A stretch of DNA of 64,000 bases from an uncultured virus (IMG/VR IMGVR_UViG_3300010885_088079) (IMGVR_UViG_3300010885_088079); one strand, 5' to 3'. Positions 38,046 to 48,333 are shown, numbered from the stretch's first letter. The notes: a model not told the origin generated them from the sequence alone. Numbers and translations: made by a program.

Positions 38046-39289
38046 AAGTATCCTTTACTTCCCAGACAAACATTTGCATCATTGATTCTTTTTAGAGCAA
38101 GAACATAAGCAGCCGTCCTCGCAGGTACATTGTGTTTTGTGTAAAGCCCAAGGACTCTATCTGTAGCATAGTCCATCATATCCTTTAGATCGCTTTCTAC
38201 TTTGTCTAAAGATCTAGATATTGCTGTTCTGTTTTGTAGCCATTCAAAATAGCTTACAACAACACCTCCACCATTTGCAAGTATGTCTGGTACGACTAGA
38301 ATATTTTTGTCATTTAATATCGAGTCTCCTTCGTTCGTTGTTGGACCATTAGCCATTTCTAAAACTATTTTAGAGTTTATCTTGTTTGCTGTTTCTTTAT
38401 TCAAAACATTCTCTATAGCCGCAGGAGCTAAAACATCAACGTCAAGTTCCCAAAGTTCTTCGTTGGTTATCTTTTCTCCTTCCCCCCAATCTTGACCTTG
38501 GCTTTGGTCTAGGGACTTCTTGCAAGACATTATATTAAGTCCATGTTTGTTATAAGCACCACCATATTCATTCGTTATTGCAACCACCTTCATCCCAGAT
38601 CTAAAACACTTCTCAGCAAGCCAATATCCAACTTTACCAAATCCTTGTATTGCAATTTTTATGTCTTCTGGGTTAGATGGAACTTCTTTTATTCCACTCT
38701 TTAGTATCTTTTCTAGAACATAGTATCCACCGTGCCCCGTGGCAGAGCTTCTGCCTTCTATTCCTCCTAAAGCAACAGGCTTTCCAGTTATGATGTCTTT
38801 TGGATGTCCGCCCTTTATCATCTTGTATTCTGAATACATCCATCCCATTATTCTTTCGTCTGTGTAAAGATCAGGTGCAGGAATATCAGAGTCGGGGCCT
38901 ATGAAGTCGGCCATTGAAGCGATGTACTCTTTACTTATTCTTTCTAGCTCTCTGTTGGAGAGTTTTGTTGCATCAACACTTATTCCTCCTTTTGCCCCTC
39001 CATAAGGAAGTTTTAAACAGGCACACTTAAAGGTCATCCAAAAAGCAAGAGCTTCACAATGGTCTTGATTTACTGATGGATGATACCTTATGCCGCCTTT
39101 TGCTGGCCCTAAAGTAGTGTCATATTGGCACCTATAAGCTTTATACATTTTTAATGATCCGTCATCGTGTCTCACCGGCAAAGAGACCGATAGGGTTTTT
39201 TGCGGATACTGCAACCTAAGCCAGCTTTCATCGTCTATTTGTGCGAATTTATAAGCTGCTTCTAGCTGTTTTTTTGCTTCTTCTAGCAT
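38036..39289 (-). CDS. gdhA: Glutamate dehydrogenase (Glu/Leu/Phe/Val family)
   Basis: GPAKGGIRYHP, MTFKCA, YGGAKGG, DIPAPD, TGKP, QGFGKVG, EMANGP, PDILANGGGVVVSYFEW. Confidence 0.92.
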   Translation of the reverse strand: MLEEAKKQLEAAYKFAQIDDESWLRLQYPQKTLSVSLPVRHDDGSLKMYKAYRCQYDTTLGPAKGGIRYHPSVNQDHCEALAFWMTFKCACLKLPYGGAKGGISVDATKLSNRELERISKEYIASMADFIGPDSDIPAPDLYTDERIMGWMYSEYKMIKGGHPKDIITGKPVALGGIEGRSSATGHGGYYVLEKILKSGIKEVPSNPEDIKIAIQGFGKVGYWLAEKCFRSGMKVVAITNEYGGAYNKHGLNIMSCKKSLDQSQGQDWGEGEKITNEELWELDVDVLAPAAIENVLNKETANKINSKIVLEMANGPTTNEGDSILNDKNILVVPDILANGGGVVVSYFEWLQNRTAISRSLDKVESDLKDMMDYATDRVLGLYTKHNVPARTAAYVLALKRINDANVCLGSKGYFQK

Positions 39290-39337
39290 AAATAAAGTAC
39301 CCCTTGTTAAATTTATTAGAGTTATTTGGAGATAATA

Positions 39338-40705
39338 ATGAAAACATTCCTTGAAAGCTTGAACATAACCAAGAACACTAGACTATTAGAACAATTGATT
39401 TTAAAATTAGAGTACTTAGGAATAGACTCTAACGAATTCTTGGATTGGTACATAGAAGAAGGCATCAATCTACAGAAAAAAGGTTTATTGATAGAAGGTG
39501 TTGATGATTGGGCCTTAAGAGAAGGTATTTGGGATAGTTTCAAAAGTAGATGGTTTGGAGGCAAAAGTTCAGGCCAGGGTCAAGACCACACAGACTCTTC
39601 AACAGTGCAAAGAATTAAAAACGCAGGAGAGAGGGCAGGCCAATTCGTCCACAACCAAGGTAACCGCGTGGGAAAAGCACTTGGGTGGGCTAGAGACGCT
39701 TATAATAGTTTTAACAAAGGCGTACAAGGCGATAATTCAAATAACGTAGATAAGCATACTTCTAATCCTTCTGTTGTAGAAAAAGCTAAAGAAGCTTTGT
39801 CTAATTTATCTAAAAGAATACAATATTCTAAACAGCTTCAGTCGATTCTAGGTCGTGACAATGAAAGTATTATACAGCTTTTAAATGCACTCCAAAGCGT
39901 CAAAGAATCTTTTGATATAAGAAATAAACTCATTTTTTTGAAGTCTAACGGTTTGGATGTAGAGCAACTGGTAGAGCTGTTTATACAAGAAAAATCGAAT
40001 ATCAACGAGGGAATAGAAGACTGGTTTGGAAAGGTTGGTGATTGGTTCAAGGGTCAATGGGCAAATGTAAAACATGCTTGGAACACTTGGGGCGATGGCC
40101 AAGAGGGAGAAGCAGTAAGAAGAGACAAACAAGCTGTGGATAACGCTATGAATGCACTACAAGACTTACAGCAAAATAGTAGCAACAATGAAGCCATTTC
40201 AAAATTTAAAGATACAATAAACCAAATAATTGATAAAATAAATTCGGCAAAGCAGGCTCTAAATCAAACAGGAAGTGAGCCGCAAAACAAACCACAGTCT
40301 GCACCACAGCCTGCACAAAACCCAGGTCCAGCTTCAGCAGCTCCTGGAGTTACTGGAGTTACTGTTTCTTCCACAGCAGGAACGCCTTCCAATCAGGACG
40401 GTTCTTCTCAAAGTGGTTGGCTTGGTAGTGGCTCAAATCAAGACGGTTCTTCTCAAAGTGGTTGGCTTGGTAACAACTCCGGAGATGTACAACAAAATTA
40501 TTTAGGAAAAACTCAAATGTACGGTCGCCAACCTAAGCCGGGAGTTAAAAAGCCTGCTGGGGGATGGCCAAACCCAGGAACTGGTACTACAGATGTGGGC
40601 TCAGGAGTTCAAAATAGCTCAACAAACTATGACTCCGATGAAAACAAAAAGTTTCTAGAGTCTTTGCTACCAAAATCAAACAAGTTCTCTTGGTTTGGAT
40701 ATTAG
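39338..40705 (+). CDS. Probable virion/internal protein with duplicated helical unit and low-complexity tail
   Basis: MKTFLESL after GGAG; repeated (L/I)xE-G sites; G/S/Q/P-rich C-terminus. Confidence 0.7.
   Translation: MKTFLESLNITKNTRLLEQLILKLEYLGIDSNEFLDWYIEEGINLQKKGLLIEGVDDWALREGIWDSFKSRWFGGKSSGQGQDHTDSSTVQRIKNAGERAGQFVHNQGNRVGKALGWARDAYNSFNKGVQGDNSNNVDKHTSNPSVVEKAKEALSNLSKRIQYSKQLQSILGRDNESIIQLLNALQSVKESFDIRNKLIFLKSNGLDVEQLVELFIQEKSNINEGIEDWFGKVGDWFKGQWANVKHAWNTWGDGQEGEAVRRDKQAVDNAMNALQDLQQNSSNNEAISKFKDTINQIIDKINSAKQALNQTGSEPQNKPQSAPQPAQNPGPASAAPGVTGVTVSSTAGTPSNQDGSSQSGWLGSGSNQDGSSQSGWLGNNSGDVQQNYLGKTQMYGRQPKPGVKKPAGGWPNPGTGTTDVGSGVQNSSTNYDSDENKKFLESLLPKSNKFSWFGY
40391..40472 (+). repeat. 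Tandem duplication with 45-bp period (NQDGSSQSGWLG x2)
   Basis: AATCA(G/A)GACGGTTCTTCTCAAAGTGGTTGGCTTGGTA twice. Confidence 0.9.
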
Positions 40706-40781
40706 TGAATGCTCCCACCCCCTAAAGGGAGTGGGCTTCTAAGACATTGCTGTCTAAAGAGTTCATCTCTTATAATGAACT
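40705..40781 (-). mobile_element. Orphan IS200/IS605-type right end / omegaRNA-like remnant
   Basis: Minus strand ...AGACA-GCAA-TGTCT-TAGAAGCCCACTCCCTTTAGGGGGTGGGAGCATTCAC: CTTTAG-loop hairpin ending TCAC. No tnpA/tnpB adjacent. Confidence 0.6.
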
Positions 40782-40953
40782 AAGACTTAAGCGTTTCTTT
40801 TAAGCCTAAAATTAAATAGTGCACGCAAATTGCAACAAGACATAAACAAGATAAAGCTTCTGTAACTTTTAGTGAGTTGAATAGAAGAACACTTAAGTAA
40901 GCACAAGACAATATTGGCTGTATTGCGAATAAGAATAGCAATATTTTTGACAT
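40780..40953 (-). CDS. 57-aa two-TM membrane protein (different frame from track ORF)
   Basis: MSKILLFLFAIQPILSCAYLSVLLFNSLKVTEALSCLCLVAICVHYLILGLKETLKS. Confidence 0.5.
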   Translation of the reverse strand: MSKILLFLFAIQPILSCAYLSVLLFNSLKVTEALSCLCLVAICVHYLILGLKETLKS

Positions 40954-40968
40954 AAAGTATGTATGTCT

Positions 40969-42240
40969 TCAAATACTGTTTTTAATATATTCTATAGCTT
41001 CATCTACATTTTGCTTTGTAAATATAAGGTGAGGTCTTAGTCTAATAGACTTTTTACCGCAGGGTAAAACAAGCATTTTTTCTCTTAGCTTCTTTAGAAC
41101 TTCATCTCTTCTAGACGGAGTTTCTAAGTCGAAAGCAAGCATTAAACCTCTTCCCCTAACATTGTTAATCTCATCAACACCATTCAGCTTGTCTAGAAAG
41201 TAGCTGCCTACTGTGGAAGCGTTTTCTACTAGATTAAGTTCTTTAATTACACGTATTATCTTAGTAAATCTTAGCATGTCCACAACATTTCCACCCCATG
41301 TGGAGCTTATTCTGCTGGATTCATTGAACACATTATTATCTATATCTTCAATCCTGTTGGTAGAGGCAAAGCCGCAAACTTGTGTCTTTTTTCCGAATGA
41401 TATCATGTCTGGAATAATTCCATAATGCTCATAGGCCCAAGTTGCACCAGTCAGACCAACTCCTGTCTGTACTTCGTCCAAAATTAGCAGACACTCATAG
41501 TCATCTGCCAATTTTCTGATAGCTTTAAAATATTCTGTTCTAAAGTGATTGTCACCTCCTTCACCTTGAATTGTTTCCAGAACAATTGCTGCTACTAAGT
41601 TTGATTTAAGGGCTCTCTCTGTTTGAAGAAGACTGAGCTCCTCAACCAAGGATGCTTTGCTTTCTACCACAGGAAATTCTATCTTTGGATTTTTCACTCT
41701 TGTCCAATTAAACTTTGGAAAAAGAGCAGTCTTGTTTAGTACCGTGTTCGTTAAAGAGAGGCAGTATCCACTTCTTCCATGAAAGGCTTCCTCTAAGTGC
41801 ACAACATCCATTTTATTTACTAGAAATTCTTTTGCACTATAATTTAGCCCCAGCTTTTTAGCTTTCCAGTCAAACGCACATTTAATTGCATTTTCTACTG
41901 CTAATGTTCCTCCGTCTATAAAGAACAGATGGTTAAAGTCAGGTGTAATTTTAGAAAACTCTTCTATAAAATTAGCATAAGTTTCTGTGTAAAAGTCACA
42001 ATTAGCTATTTTGTTTAAGCAACAGAACTCTAACTCATCTGGACTTGCAAACATTAATTCCTTAAGTCTTGGATGATTCCAACCAAGAGGCATACTGGCA
42101 TATTGTGATGCACAATCTAGATAAGAGGTTCCTGAAATTTTATCTACCAGATAAACGCCAGCACTCCTTTTGGGGTCGATTACAACCTTTTCTCCATCAC
42201 CTACTGTGTATTTGCAAATTATTTCGTGGACTCTATCCAT
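40969..42240 (-). CDS. lat: L-lysine 6-aminotransferase-like (class III PLP aminotransferase)
   Basis: GGTLAVENAIKCAFDWK, AFHGRSGY, ETIQGEGGD, DEVQTG, FGKKTQVCG, SSTWGGN. Confidence 0.85.
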   Translation of the reverse strand: MDRVHEIICKYTVGDGEKVVIDPKRSAGVYLVDKISGTSYLDCASQYASMPLGWNHPRLKELMFASPDELEFCCLNKIANCDFYTETYANFIEEFSKITPDFNHLFFIDGGTLAVENAIKCAFDWKAKKLGLNYSAKEFLVNKMDVVHLEEAFHGRSGYCLSLTNTVLNKTALFPKFNWTRVKNPKIEFPVVESKASLVEELSLLQTERALKSNLVAAIVLETIQGEGGDNHFRTEYFKAIRKLADDYECLLILDEVQTGVGLTGATWAYEHYGIIPDMISFGKKTQVCGFASTNRIEDIDNNVFNESSRISSTWGGNVVDMLRFTKIIRVIKELNLVENASTVGSYFLDKLNGVDEINNVRGRGLMLAFDLETPSRRDEVLKKLREKMLVLPCGKKSIRLRPHLIFTKQNVDEAIEYIKNSI

Positions 42241-42551
42241 TAGATATAACCGTCCTTTATAGCCTTTTTAATATCATCTGCAGTTACTTTTCTACCAACA
42301 AAATCAGATACAGACTCTACAAAGTGCTTTTCAATATCTTTTTGTACTGCTTTCATATACATCGGTCCCATTCTCATTGCTTCTACCAAAGAGTTTATAT
42401 CGACTTGCCAATCTAAGAGTTCTCCTCCTATGAATATGGCCTTTTCTATTCCCCCGCCTTTGGCTGGTCTTATTTTAACTTCAAAACTTTTTCTGCCCTC
42501 GAACTTTATTGTGTCTTCGTATTCGCTGGAATCTTTTTGTTCTTCTGTCAT
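42240..42551 (-). CDS. Hypothetical protein
   Basis: 103 aa, GGAGG RBS, coupled to lat. Confidence 0.7.
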   Translation of the reverse strand: MTEEQKDSSEYEDTIKFEGRKSFEVKIRPAKGGGIEKAIFIGGELLDWQVDINSLVEAMRMGPMYMKAVQKDIEKHFVESVSDFVGRKVTADDIKKAIKDGYI

Positions 42552-42607
42552 TTATCCTCCAATCTTAATATAGTTATTTTTTTGAATGTTGAAATGGTAA
42601 ATATATC

Positions 42608-43120
42608 ATGAATAAATTCCTAGAAAGTAGTTTTAAAGACTTGTATTCAAGTACTGTAAACGCTTTTCCGAAAACAACTAGAAGGCAACACGCTATAGAC
42701 CCTATAAAAATTGTTAGGCTGGAATGGGTTCCATATGTTGGTCTCAAAACGTTGTTTATAAAAGGTTTAGCACAAAATACTGAAAACTCAAAGGAATATA
42801 ACCCTATTCTGCTCTTTAAGAAAATAAACTATTCAAGCGTAAAGGGTAATAATTATATTGAAATAAGAGACAACAATGGAAAGAACTACTTACTGGAAAA
42901 AATATCAGAAAACGACGTGCTAGTAAGGTGCAGTTGCAAGGACTTCCTTTGGAGAGGAAATTACGCAGATCACCTTGATCACTCCCTATACGGCAGAAAA
43001 AGGACTGAGTACGCTTCTCAAACCAACAGACCTCCGGTGAATCCCAACAATGACCCTATGGTCTGCAAGCACGTTATCAAACTTTATAAGGTGATAGAAC
43101 AATCTGGAATTATAAATTAA
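42608..43120 (+). CDS. SWIM-type zinc-finger protein
   Basis: VRCSCKDF...NPNNDPMVCKH. Confidence 0.7.
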   Translation: MNKFLESSFKDLYSSTVNAFPKTTRRQHAIDPIKIVRLEWVPYVGLKTLFIKGLAQNTENSKEYNPILLFKKINYSSVKGNNYIEIRDNNGKNYLLEKISENDVLVRCSCKDFLWRGNYADHLDHSLYGRKRTEYASQTNRPPVNPNNDPMVCKHVIKLYKVIEQSGIIN

Positions 43121-43132
43121 TCAAGGAGGTTT

Positions 43133-43663
43133 ATGAGTTTTGATGAATTCTTAAATGTTTTTAAGAGGATAGAGGGTATCAAGATAATTGAATCTAAAGA
43201 TGGTCCATATTTTATTAGCTATTCTGTTTTATTAGATAATACACAAAAAGAAATAGAATTTATAGTAAATGAACTAAAAAACACTTTTGCTTGCGACATA
43301 TCACTTCATAATATAGATGACAATTCATTTAAGTTTGTTTTAGGGTCTATAGACTTAGAGTCAAACCTAAAATCCATCTCAGAAAAGATATTGGAATTAG
43401 TCAGCAAACAAGAAGATAACAGAAAAAGCAAGTACAAAGAGTTTGGTTTACCTGATTTATCCTTGGTTACCATAAAGCAAATGGTAGAAGAACTAAAAAA
43501 GCGTAAAAACTTAGTATTTTCTTTAGTTTGGATAGAGAATAACGAGAGAGATAACATAGCAATAGAAGGCTCAGGAAACCCTACGCAACTAGTAGGATTG
43601 CTTGCTAGGGGCGTTCACATGGCTATCGAATGGGCAGACCGCAGTATAAGATTCAATAAATAA
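43133..43663 (+). CDS. Hypothetical protein
   Basis: 176 aa, AAGGAGG RBS. Confidence 0.7.
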   Translation: MSFDEFLNVFKRIEGIKIIESKDGPYFISYSVLLDNTQKEIEFIVNELKNTFACDISLHNIDDNSFKFVLGSIDLESNLKSISEKILELVSKQEDNRKSKYKEFGLPDLSLVTIKQMVEELKKRKNLVFSLVWIENNERDNIAIEGSGNPTQLVGLLARGVHMAIEWADRSIRFNK

Positions 43664-43685
43664 TTTCTATATATTGTGGAGAAAA

Positions 43686-44243
43686 ATGACATATCAATCT
43701 AGCCCAATAATAACCGAGAAGCAAAAACAAGTAATATATGGAACTATATTGGGGGGGTCCTCTATAATTATGCCAAGCAAGGGAAAGAACTTTTATTTGG
43801 CCATGAGGGACAAAGATCAAACATGGCTTTCTTACAAGGTTAACTTACTTAGCAATCTTTTTAAAACAGAAGAGTCTATAAAAAAGGATGGAACAACTTA
43901 TAGAGCTTACAGTGTATCCTACCCAGTTTTTAAGGATATACATTCTCTTTTTTACAAAGGTAAAGACAAAATAATCAATAGAAACGTTTTGGATCTTTTG
44001 ACGGACCAGGCTTGGATGATCTGGTTTATAGACGCAGGTAGAAGAAGTAAGAGAAAGTGCTATTTGAGGACTAATAAATTTAAAGAAGATGGAACTAAAA
44101 GTATTGTTAAATACTTTAATTCTTTAGATTGTGATTGTGAAATGCACAAATGTCGCAACAGATACGAAGTCGTTTTTACAAACAAAGGTTCTGCTGAGTT
44201 TTTAAGTATAATCAATCCTTGTAAGCCAAGCTTCTTACCTTAG
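43686..44243 (+). CDS. LAGLIDADG (I-SceI-like) homing endonuclease homolog, catalytic residues altered
   Basis: ITEKQKQVIYGTILGGSSI and AWMIWFIDAG correspond to G(T/L)LLGDG and AYWFMDDG. Confidence 0.7.
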   Translation: MTYQSSPIITEKQKQVIYGTILGGSSIIMPSKGKNFYLAMRDKDQTWLSYKVNLLSNLFKTEESIKKDGTTYRAYSVSYPVFKDIHSLFYKGKDKIINRNVLDLLTDQAWMIWFIDAGRRSKRKCYLRTNKFKEDGTKSIVKYFNSLDCDCEMHKCRNRYEVVFTNKGSAEFLSIINPCKPSFLP

Positions 44244-44575
44244 ATGCTATTCTTTATTGCTTTTTTAGACATAGAAACAGCACGCTTTACAAGCAATCTA
44301 CCCGCTGTTCTTAAAAATGGCAAGTTTCTTTTTTTTGCTTCTTCTTCTAACCAATCAACTATGGTCTCAACGTTTTGCTCACACCATTCATTGCCATTGA
44401 TATTCATTGTCGTGGCTTTTCTTTTACAACCACAGTTAGGAGCAGCCTTGATTCCTACACTCTCAAGTATTTGAGATAACATGGTGCCTGGCCCATAGGG
44501 ATACGATAGAGAAGCAGGTGCTGGTCTAGGTTTTGGGTTTTTATATGACTGTTTTTCTAATATAGCTGTTTTCAT
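44240..44575 (-). CDS. Small CxC protein
   Basis: GPGTMLSQIL...NCGCKRKATTMN...WCEQN. Confidence 0.7.
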   Translation of the reverse strand: MKTAILEKQSYKNPKPRPAPASLSYPYGPGTMLSQILESVGIKAAPNCGCKRKATTMNINGNEWCEQNVETIVDWLEEEAKKRNLPFLRTAGRLLVKRAVSMSKKAIKNSI

Positions 44576-44606
44576 ACATTTATTATAGTTTGTTTAGAAA
44601 TATTTT

Positions 44607-47042
44607 TTAAGGTACGCATGGAGCATAGAACGGTGCCCCGCAAACTCTTTCTCCGTTAGCATTTGTCATGTCGGGATGACAATTGTCTGTGCAGGATCCA
44701 AGAGAATATTCATAATACCCTGGGCATTTCCCACCAGGAGCGTTTATACAATCGTCACCAGCCTCAGAATTATAGCACTGCCATATAAAAACTACTTCCC
44801 CATCACACCACGGTGGGGGGGGTGGAGTTTGGGGGGGTGGAGTTTGGTAAGTTGGTGGGGGTGTAGGCACAGGTATACATGTATAGTTTTCACATGTATA
44901 ACCTGAAGGGCATCCGCAGAATCCACCGCACTCATCGCTTAAACCACAGCCATTTTCTAGACACTTAGGAACACATTTGGTAGGAGTCGGATAAGGAGTC
45001 GGATAAGGAGTCGGATAAGGAGTGTAAGTAGGTGGATATGTTGGTGGCACCGTAGGTGTAGGTGTTTCACAGTAGCTACACGGCAAGCACATGCCACGGC
45101 AGTAGCACCAATCGCATGGACAACATGTAATTCCGGTGTCCGTTGTAAACGGACACAGCAGTATGATTTTACATGGATCTGGATATGTTGGCGTAGGTGG
45201 AACAGTTGGCGTTGGCTCCGGTGTAGGCGTAGGCTCGTCCGTGGGCGTAGGCGTTGGTGGTTTTGTTGGTGTAGGCGTTGGTGGTTTTGTTGGTGTAGGT
45301 TCTGGGGTTTTTGTTGGCGTGCTTGTTGGTGTGCCTGTTGGTGTGCCTGTTGGAGTTCCTGTTGGAGTCTCTGTTGGAGTCTCTGTTGGAGTCTCTGTTG
45401 GAGTCTCTGTTGGAGTCTCTGTTGGAGTCTCTGTTGGAGTCTCTGTTGGAGTTTCTGTTGGAGTCTCTGTTGGAGTTTCTGTTGGAGTTTCTGTTGGAGT
45501 TTCTGTTGGAGTTTCTGTTGGTGTTTCTGTTGGTGTTTCTGTTGGTGTTTCTGTTGGTGTTTCTGTTGGTGTTTCTGTTGGTGTTTCTGTTGGTGTTTCT
45601 GTTGGCTTTCCCGTAGTCGTTACCGTAGGCGTTGGCGTGGGCGACGGCGTTGGTGTTGGCGTTGGTGTTGATTCAACGCATGTCCCAGAGCCACTTCCGT
45701 CCTCCTGACACACGTATCCATCTGGACATCCACAGAAGGTTTCAATGCAATTATTAATGTTGCATCCTGGATCACCCCCGCAAATATAACCTGTACCACA
45801 CCTTGGGGCTGATCCTTCTGGGCCTTGCAACACCGGGATGTAATCATAGCCACCGTATGGGTTAGCAGTCTTAACCATTACAAATTCATTCTGTGGGCAA
45901 CCTGGGCAGGTCACTACTGGTGTTGGAGTGGGTGGTTCTGTAGGCGTTGGAGTAGGTGGAGTTGTTGTTGGAGTTGTTGTTGGTGTTTCTGTTGGTGTTT
46001 CTGTTGGTGTTTCTGTTGGTGTTTCTGTTGGTGTTTCTGTTGGTGTTTCTGTTGGAGTTTCTGTTGGAGTTTCTGTTGGTGTACTTGTTGGAGTTAGAGT
46101 GTTAGTGTTAGTTGGTGTAGGAGTAGGAGTGTTAGTTGGTGTAGGAGTAGGAGTACAACCTAAATCACAATCTTTTTTACTCTTATAACATCCATCACAG
46201 GGAGATCCATTGTCTACACAGTTTCCATCAATACACATCCAATTACAGTCACTACACTGACACTCACATGTACCACAACCAGGCAAGCTAGGATCGTACA
46301 CCCAAACGCCAGGCAATCCACCTGGGCACGGTGATTTTTCACGACATAACTTTTGTAATTCTTCAATATTAGTACATTCTGGTGTTGTTGTTGGTGTTGT
46401 TGTTGGTGTTTCTGTTGGTGTTTCTGTTGGTGTTTCTGTTGGAGTTTCTGTTGGAGTTTCTGTTGGAGTTTCTGTTGGAGTTGTTGTTGGAGTTGTTGTT
46501 GGTGTTGTTGTTGGTGTTTCTGTTGGTGTTTCTGTTGGTGTTTCTGTTGGTGTTTCTGTTGGTGTGTATGTTGGTGTTTCTGTTGGTGTGTATGTTGGTG
46601 TTTCTGTTGGTGTGTATGTTGGTGTGTATGTTGGTGTTTCTGTAATAGTTGGAGTTGGGGTAGCTGTAGGACAAACAGGTATTGAACTATAGTATTCTTC
46701 TCCAAAATCTGAACAATACTGCGGTTTGCAGTTTTGATTTATTACGCCTATGTAAACTTTTTTGGTAACAGACTCATAGGTTCCGTCTAGATTACAGTAA
46801 TAACATGTTGTGTCTTCGTATTTTACACAATTATACGTTAACATTTCTTCGCATGTTTTTGCACATGCACAAAGGCAATCTGTTTGTCCTTTGTAACATG
46901 GGTCCTGCGTGCATTTTCCGAAAGTGCAGTTGCTAGCACAGTCATATCCTTCACAACCAGAAGTACATGGTTTAGCAAGGGAAAATACTACGTTTCCTAA
47001 GTCATTTAAGAAACCTTTTAATCTATCCCTTATTTTTACCAT
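44607..47042 (-). CDS. Cys-rich protein with three mucin-like Pro-Thr/PTET tracts
   Basis: 811 aa; Cys modules alternate with (PTET)n/(PT)n; coupled to upstream genes. Confidence 0.8.
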   Translation of the reverse strand: MVKIRDRLKGFLNDLGNVVFSLAKPCTSGCEGYDCASNCTFGKCTQDPCYKGQTDCLCACAKTCEEMLTYNCVKYEDTTCYYCNLDGTYESVTKKVYIGVINQNCKPQYCSDFGEEYYSSIPVCPTATPTPTITETPTYTPTYTPTETPTYTPTETPTYTPTETPTETPTETPTETPTTTPTTTPTTTPTETPTETPTETPTETPTETPTETPTTTPTTTPECTNIEELQKLCREKSPCPGGLPGVWVYDPSLPGCGTCECQCSDCNWMCIDGNCVDNGSPCDGCYKSKKDCDLGCTPTPTPTNTPTPTPTNTNTLTPTSTPTETPTETPTETPTETPTETPTETPTETPTETPTTTPTTTPPTPTPTEPPTPTPVVTCPGCPQNEFVMVKTANPYGGYDYIPVLQGPEGSAPRCGTGYICGGDPGCNINNCIETFCGCPDGYVCQEDGSGSGTCVESTPTPTPTPSPTPTPTVTTTGKPTETPTETPTETPTETPTETPTETPTETPTETPTETPTETPTETPTETPTETPTETPTETPTETPTETPTETPTETPTETPTGTPTGTPTGTPTSTPTKTPEPTPTKPPTPTPTKPPTPTPTDEPTPTPEPTPTVPPTPTYPDPCKIILLCPFTTDTGITCCPCDWCYCRGMCLPCSYCETPTPTVPPTYPPTYTPYPTPYPTPYPTPTKCVPKCLENGCGLSDECGGFCGCPSGYTCENYTCIPVPTPPPTYQTPPPQTPPPPPWCDGEVVFIWQCYNSEAGDDCINAPGGKCPGYYEYSLGSCTDNCHPDMTNANGERVCGAPFYAPCVP
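45190..45670 (-). repeat. 12-bp coding tandem repeat (PTET) with flanking PT repeats
   Basis: Plus strand (GTTGG(A/T)GT(C/T)TCT)n. Confidence 0.9.
45919..46155 (-). repeat. Second PT/PTET coding repeat tract
   Basis: Same 12-bp unit. Confidence 0.9.
46381..46660 (-). repeat. Third [10 protein letters not shown] coding repeat tract
   Basis: Same 12-bp unit with TTT/TYT variants. Confidence 0.9.
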
Positions 47043-48333
47043 AATTTTCTACCAAAAAGCTGATTTTTATTAGATCTATTTCGTTTTTTTCTCCATAGTT
47101 CAATAAATTATTTATGTTATCTATGATCGTTTTTTGGTCATCAGAATTTAACTGAGAGGAGGAAACTATTTCTAAATAGTTTCCTGAGCACCTTACTTCT
47201 TTTATTTCTTTAAAAAATGATAGTTTCTCTCTTACCTTTAGGATGCTTTTACCTTTTATTAGGAATGGTCTATTATCTAAAAACTCAAATTCTCTGTACA
47301 ATCTACCGCAATCACATCTTTGATAATTTTTATTGTCTATTTTACATAAATCTCCGTTCCAATAGTTAACAAAAGGACTCGCTAAGGAGAAATAATCTGT
47401 TGATATTAGTTTATTGTCTTTCTCCACGCACCACGATATATTGTCCATTAAATGGTAGTTTTCTTCTTTACATGTAAAGAATGTCGCACCACCATCCCAG
47501 CATCTCATGTGATCGCAAATACTATCAAAAAGATTGTTATCTTTTACATATTTGATTGTCTTTGCCATGAGCTTTTCATTTGTATTGCTGAGAAGTGTAG
47601 AAATTTTTACATTTAAGTTTTTTCTTTGTAGGTAATTACACAGAGCACTTAAGTTGGGACCAGTAGTAAATGTCACATCTATTTTATTATTTTTAATGTG
47701 GTTCACTAGATAGTGAAAAAAAGCATCACTGTTTTGCCTAAAAGCTTCAAAGTTTGTGTAATGAATTGTTCCATTTCTCTTTCTTCCATGATGCTCCATA
47801 AAGTTTTTAGAGTCGCTTCTTACTTCTATGACTTCTTTAATTGGCAACTTTAGGTCAAAAAAGAATAAAATATTGGGTTGCTCTTTGATGTTGAATTCAT
47901 CCAAAATAAGATCATAATGATTATCGCACTCTATAAAGTGCAAAAAGTCTTCCCATCTTCGATAGGAGAAAGAATAACCAGTGGTGCTACCACTTGTAGC
48001 CATAGGGCATGAGTTTATCTCTTCAACATACCACTTATCTTTGTTTATAAGATCCGCCTTTTCAGCGAATTCCTTTCGTTCTAGATAAGAAAATATAGGG
48101 CTTTTTTCTTGTGCCCAAAGATGTATGTTTAGTATAAGAAGCTTTATAGTATCTCTTACTAGGTCTTCATCTTCATATAAGAGATTAGTGCATATCTTTT
48201 TGTAGTCAAAAAGCATTTGCTTGCTTGGAAGCTCTTTGTTGCTCCATTTTTTAATGAAGCTTATTACTTCCTGTGTATTCCGCATCCCTCTCTTAGAAAA
48301 AAGTTCAAAGTTATCTTGTTTGTATGAGCCCAT
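47023..48333 (-). CDS. Phenylacetate-CoA ligase/CapK-like adenylate-forming enzyme
   Basis: [29 protein letters not shown]. Confidence 0.7.
   Translation of the reverse strand: MGSYKQDNFELFSKRGMRNTQEVISFIKKWSNKELPSKQMLFDYKKICTNLLYEDEDLVRDTIKLLILNIHLWAQEKSPIFSYLERKEFAEKADLINKDKWYVEEINSCPMATSGSTTGYSFSYRRWEDFLHFIECDNHYDLILDEFNIKEQPNILFFFDLKLPIKEVIEVRSDSKNFMEHHGRKRNGTIHYTNFEAFRQNSDAFFHYLVNHIKNNKIDVTFTTGPNLSALCNYLQRKNLNVKISTLLSNTNEKLMAKTIKYVKDNNLFDSICDHMRCWDGGATFFTCKEENYHLMDNISWCVEKDNKLISTDYFSLASPFVNYWNGDLCKIDNKNYQRCDCGRLYREFEFLDNRPFLIKGKSILKVREKLSFFKEIKEVRCSGNYLEIVSSSQLNSDDQKTIIDNINNLLNYGEKNEIDLIKISFLVENYGKNKG

Noticed and set aside
40787..40972. 61-aa track ORF as a TnpB remnant beside the IS-like end
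   Set aside because: No RuvC or zinc-ribbon motifs; the ATG-initiated 57-aa hydrophobic frame 40780..40953 is more plausible.
45136..46705. CRISPR-like periodicity and several repeat ORFs (VGVS, LLES, QQKH, NTNR, WCFC)
   Set aside because: 12-bp units without unique spacers; these are alternative frames of the PTET tracts in the 811-aa gene. No cas genes.
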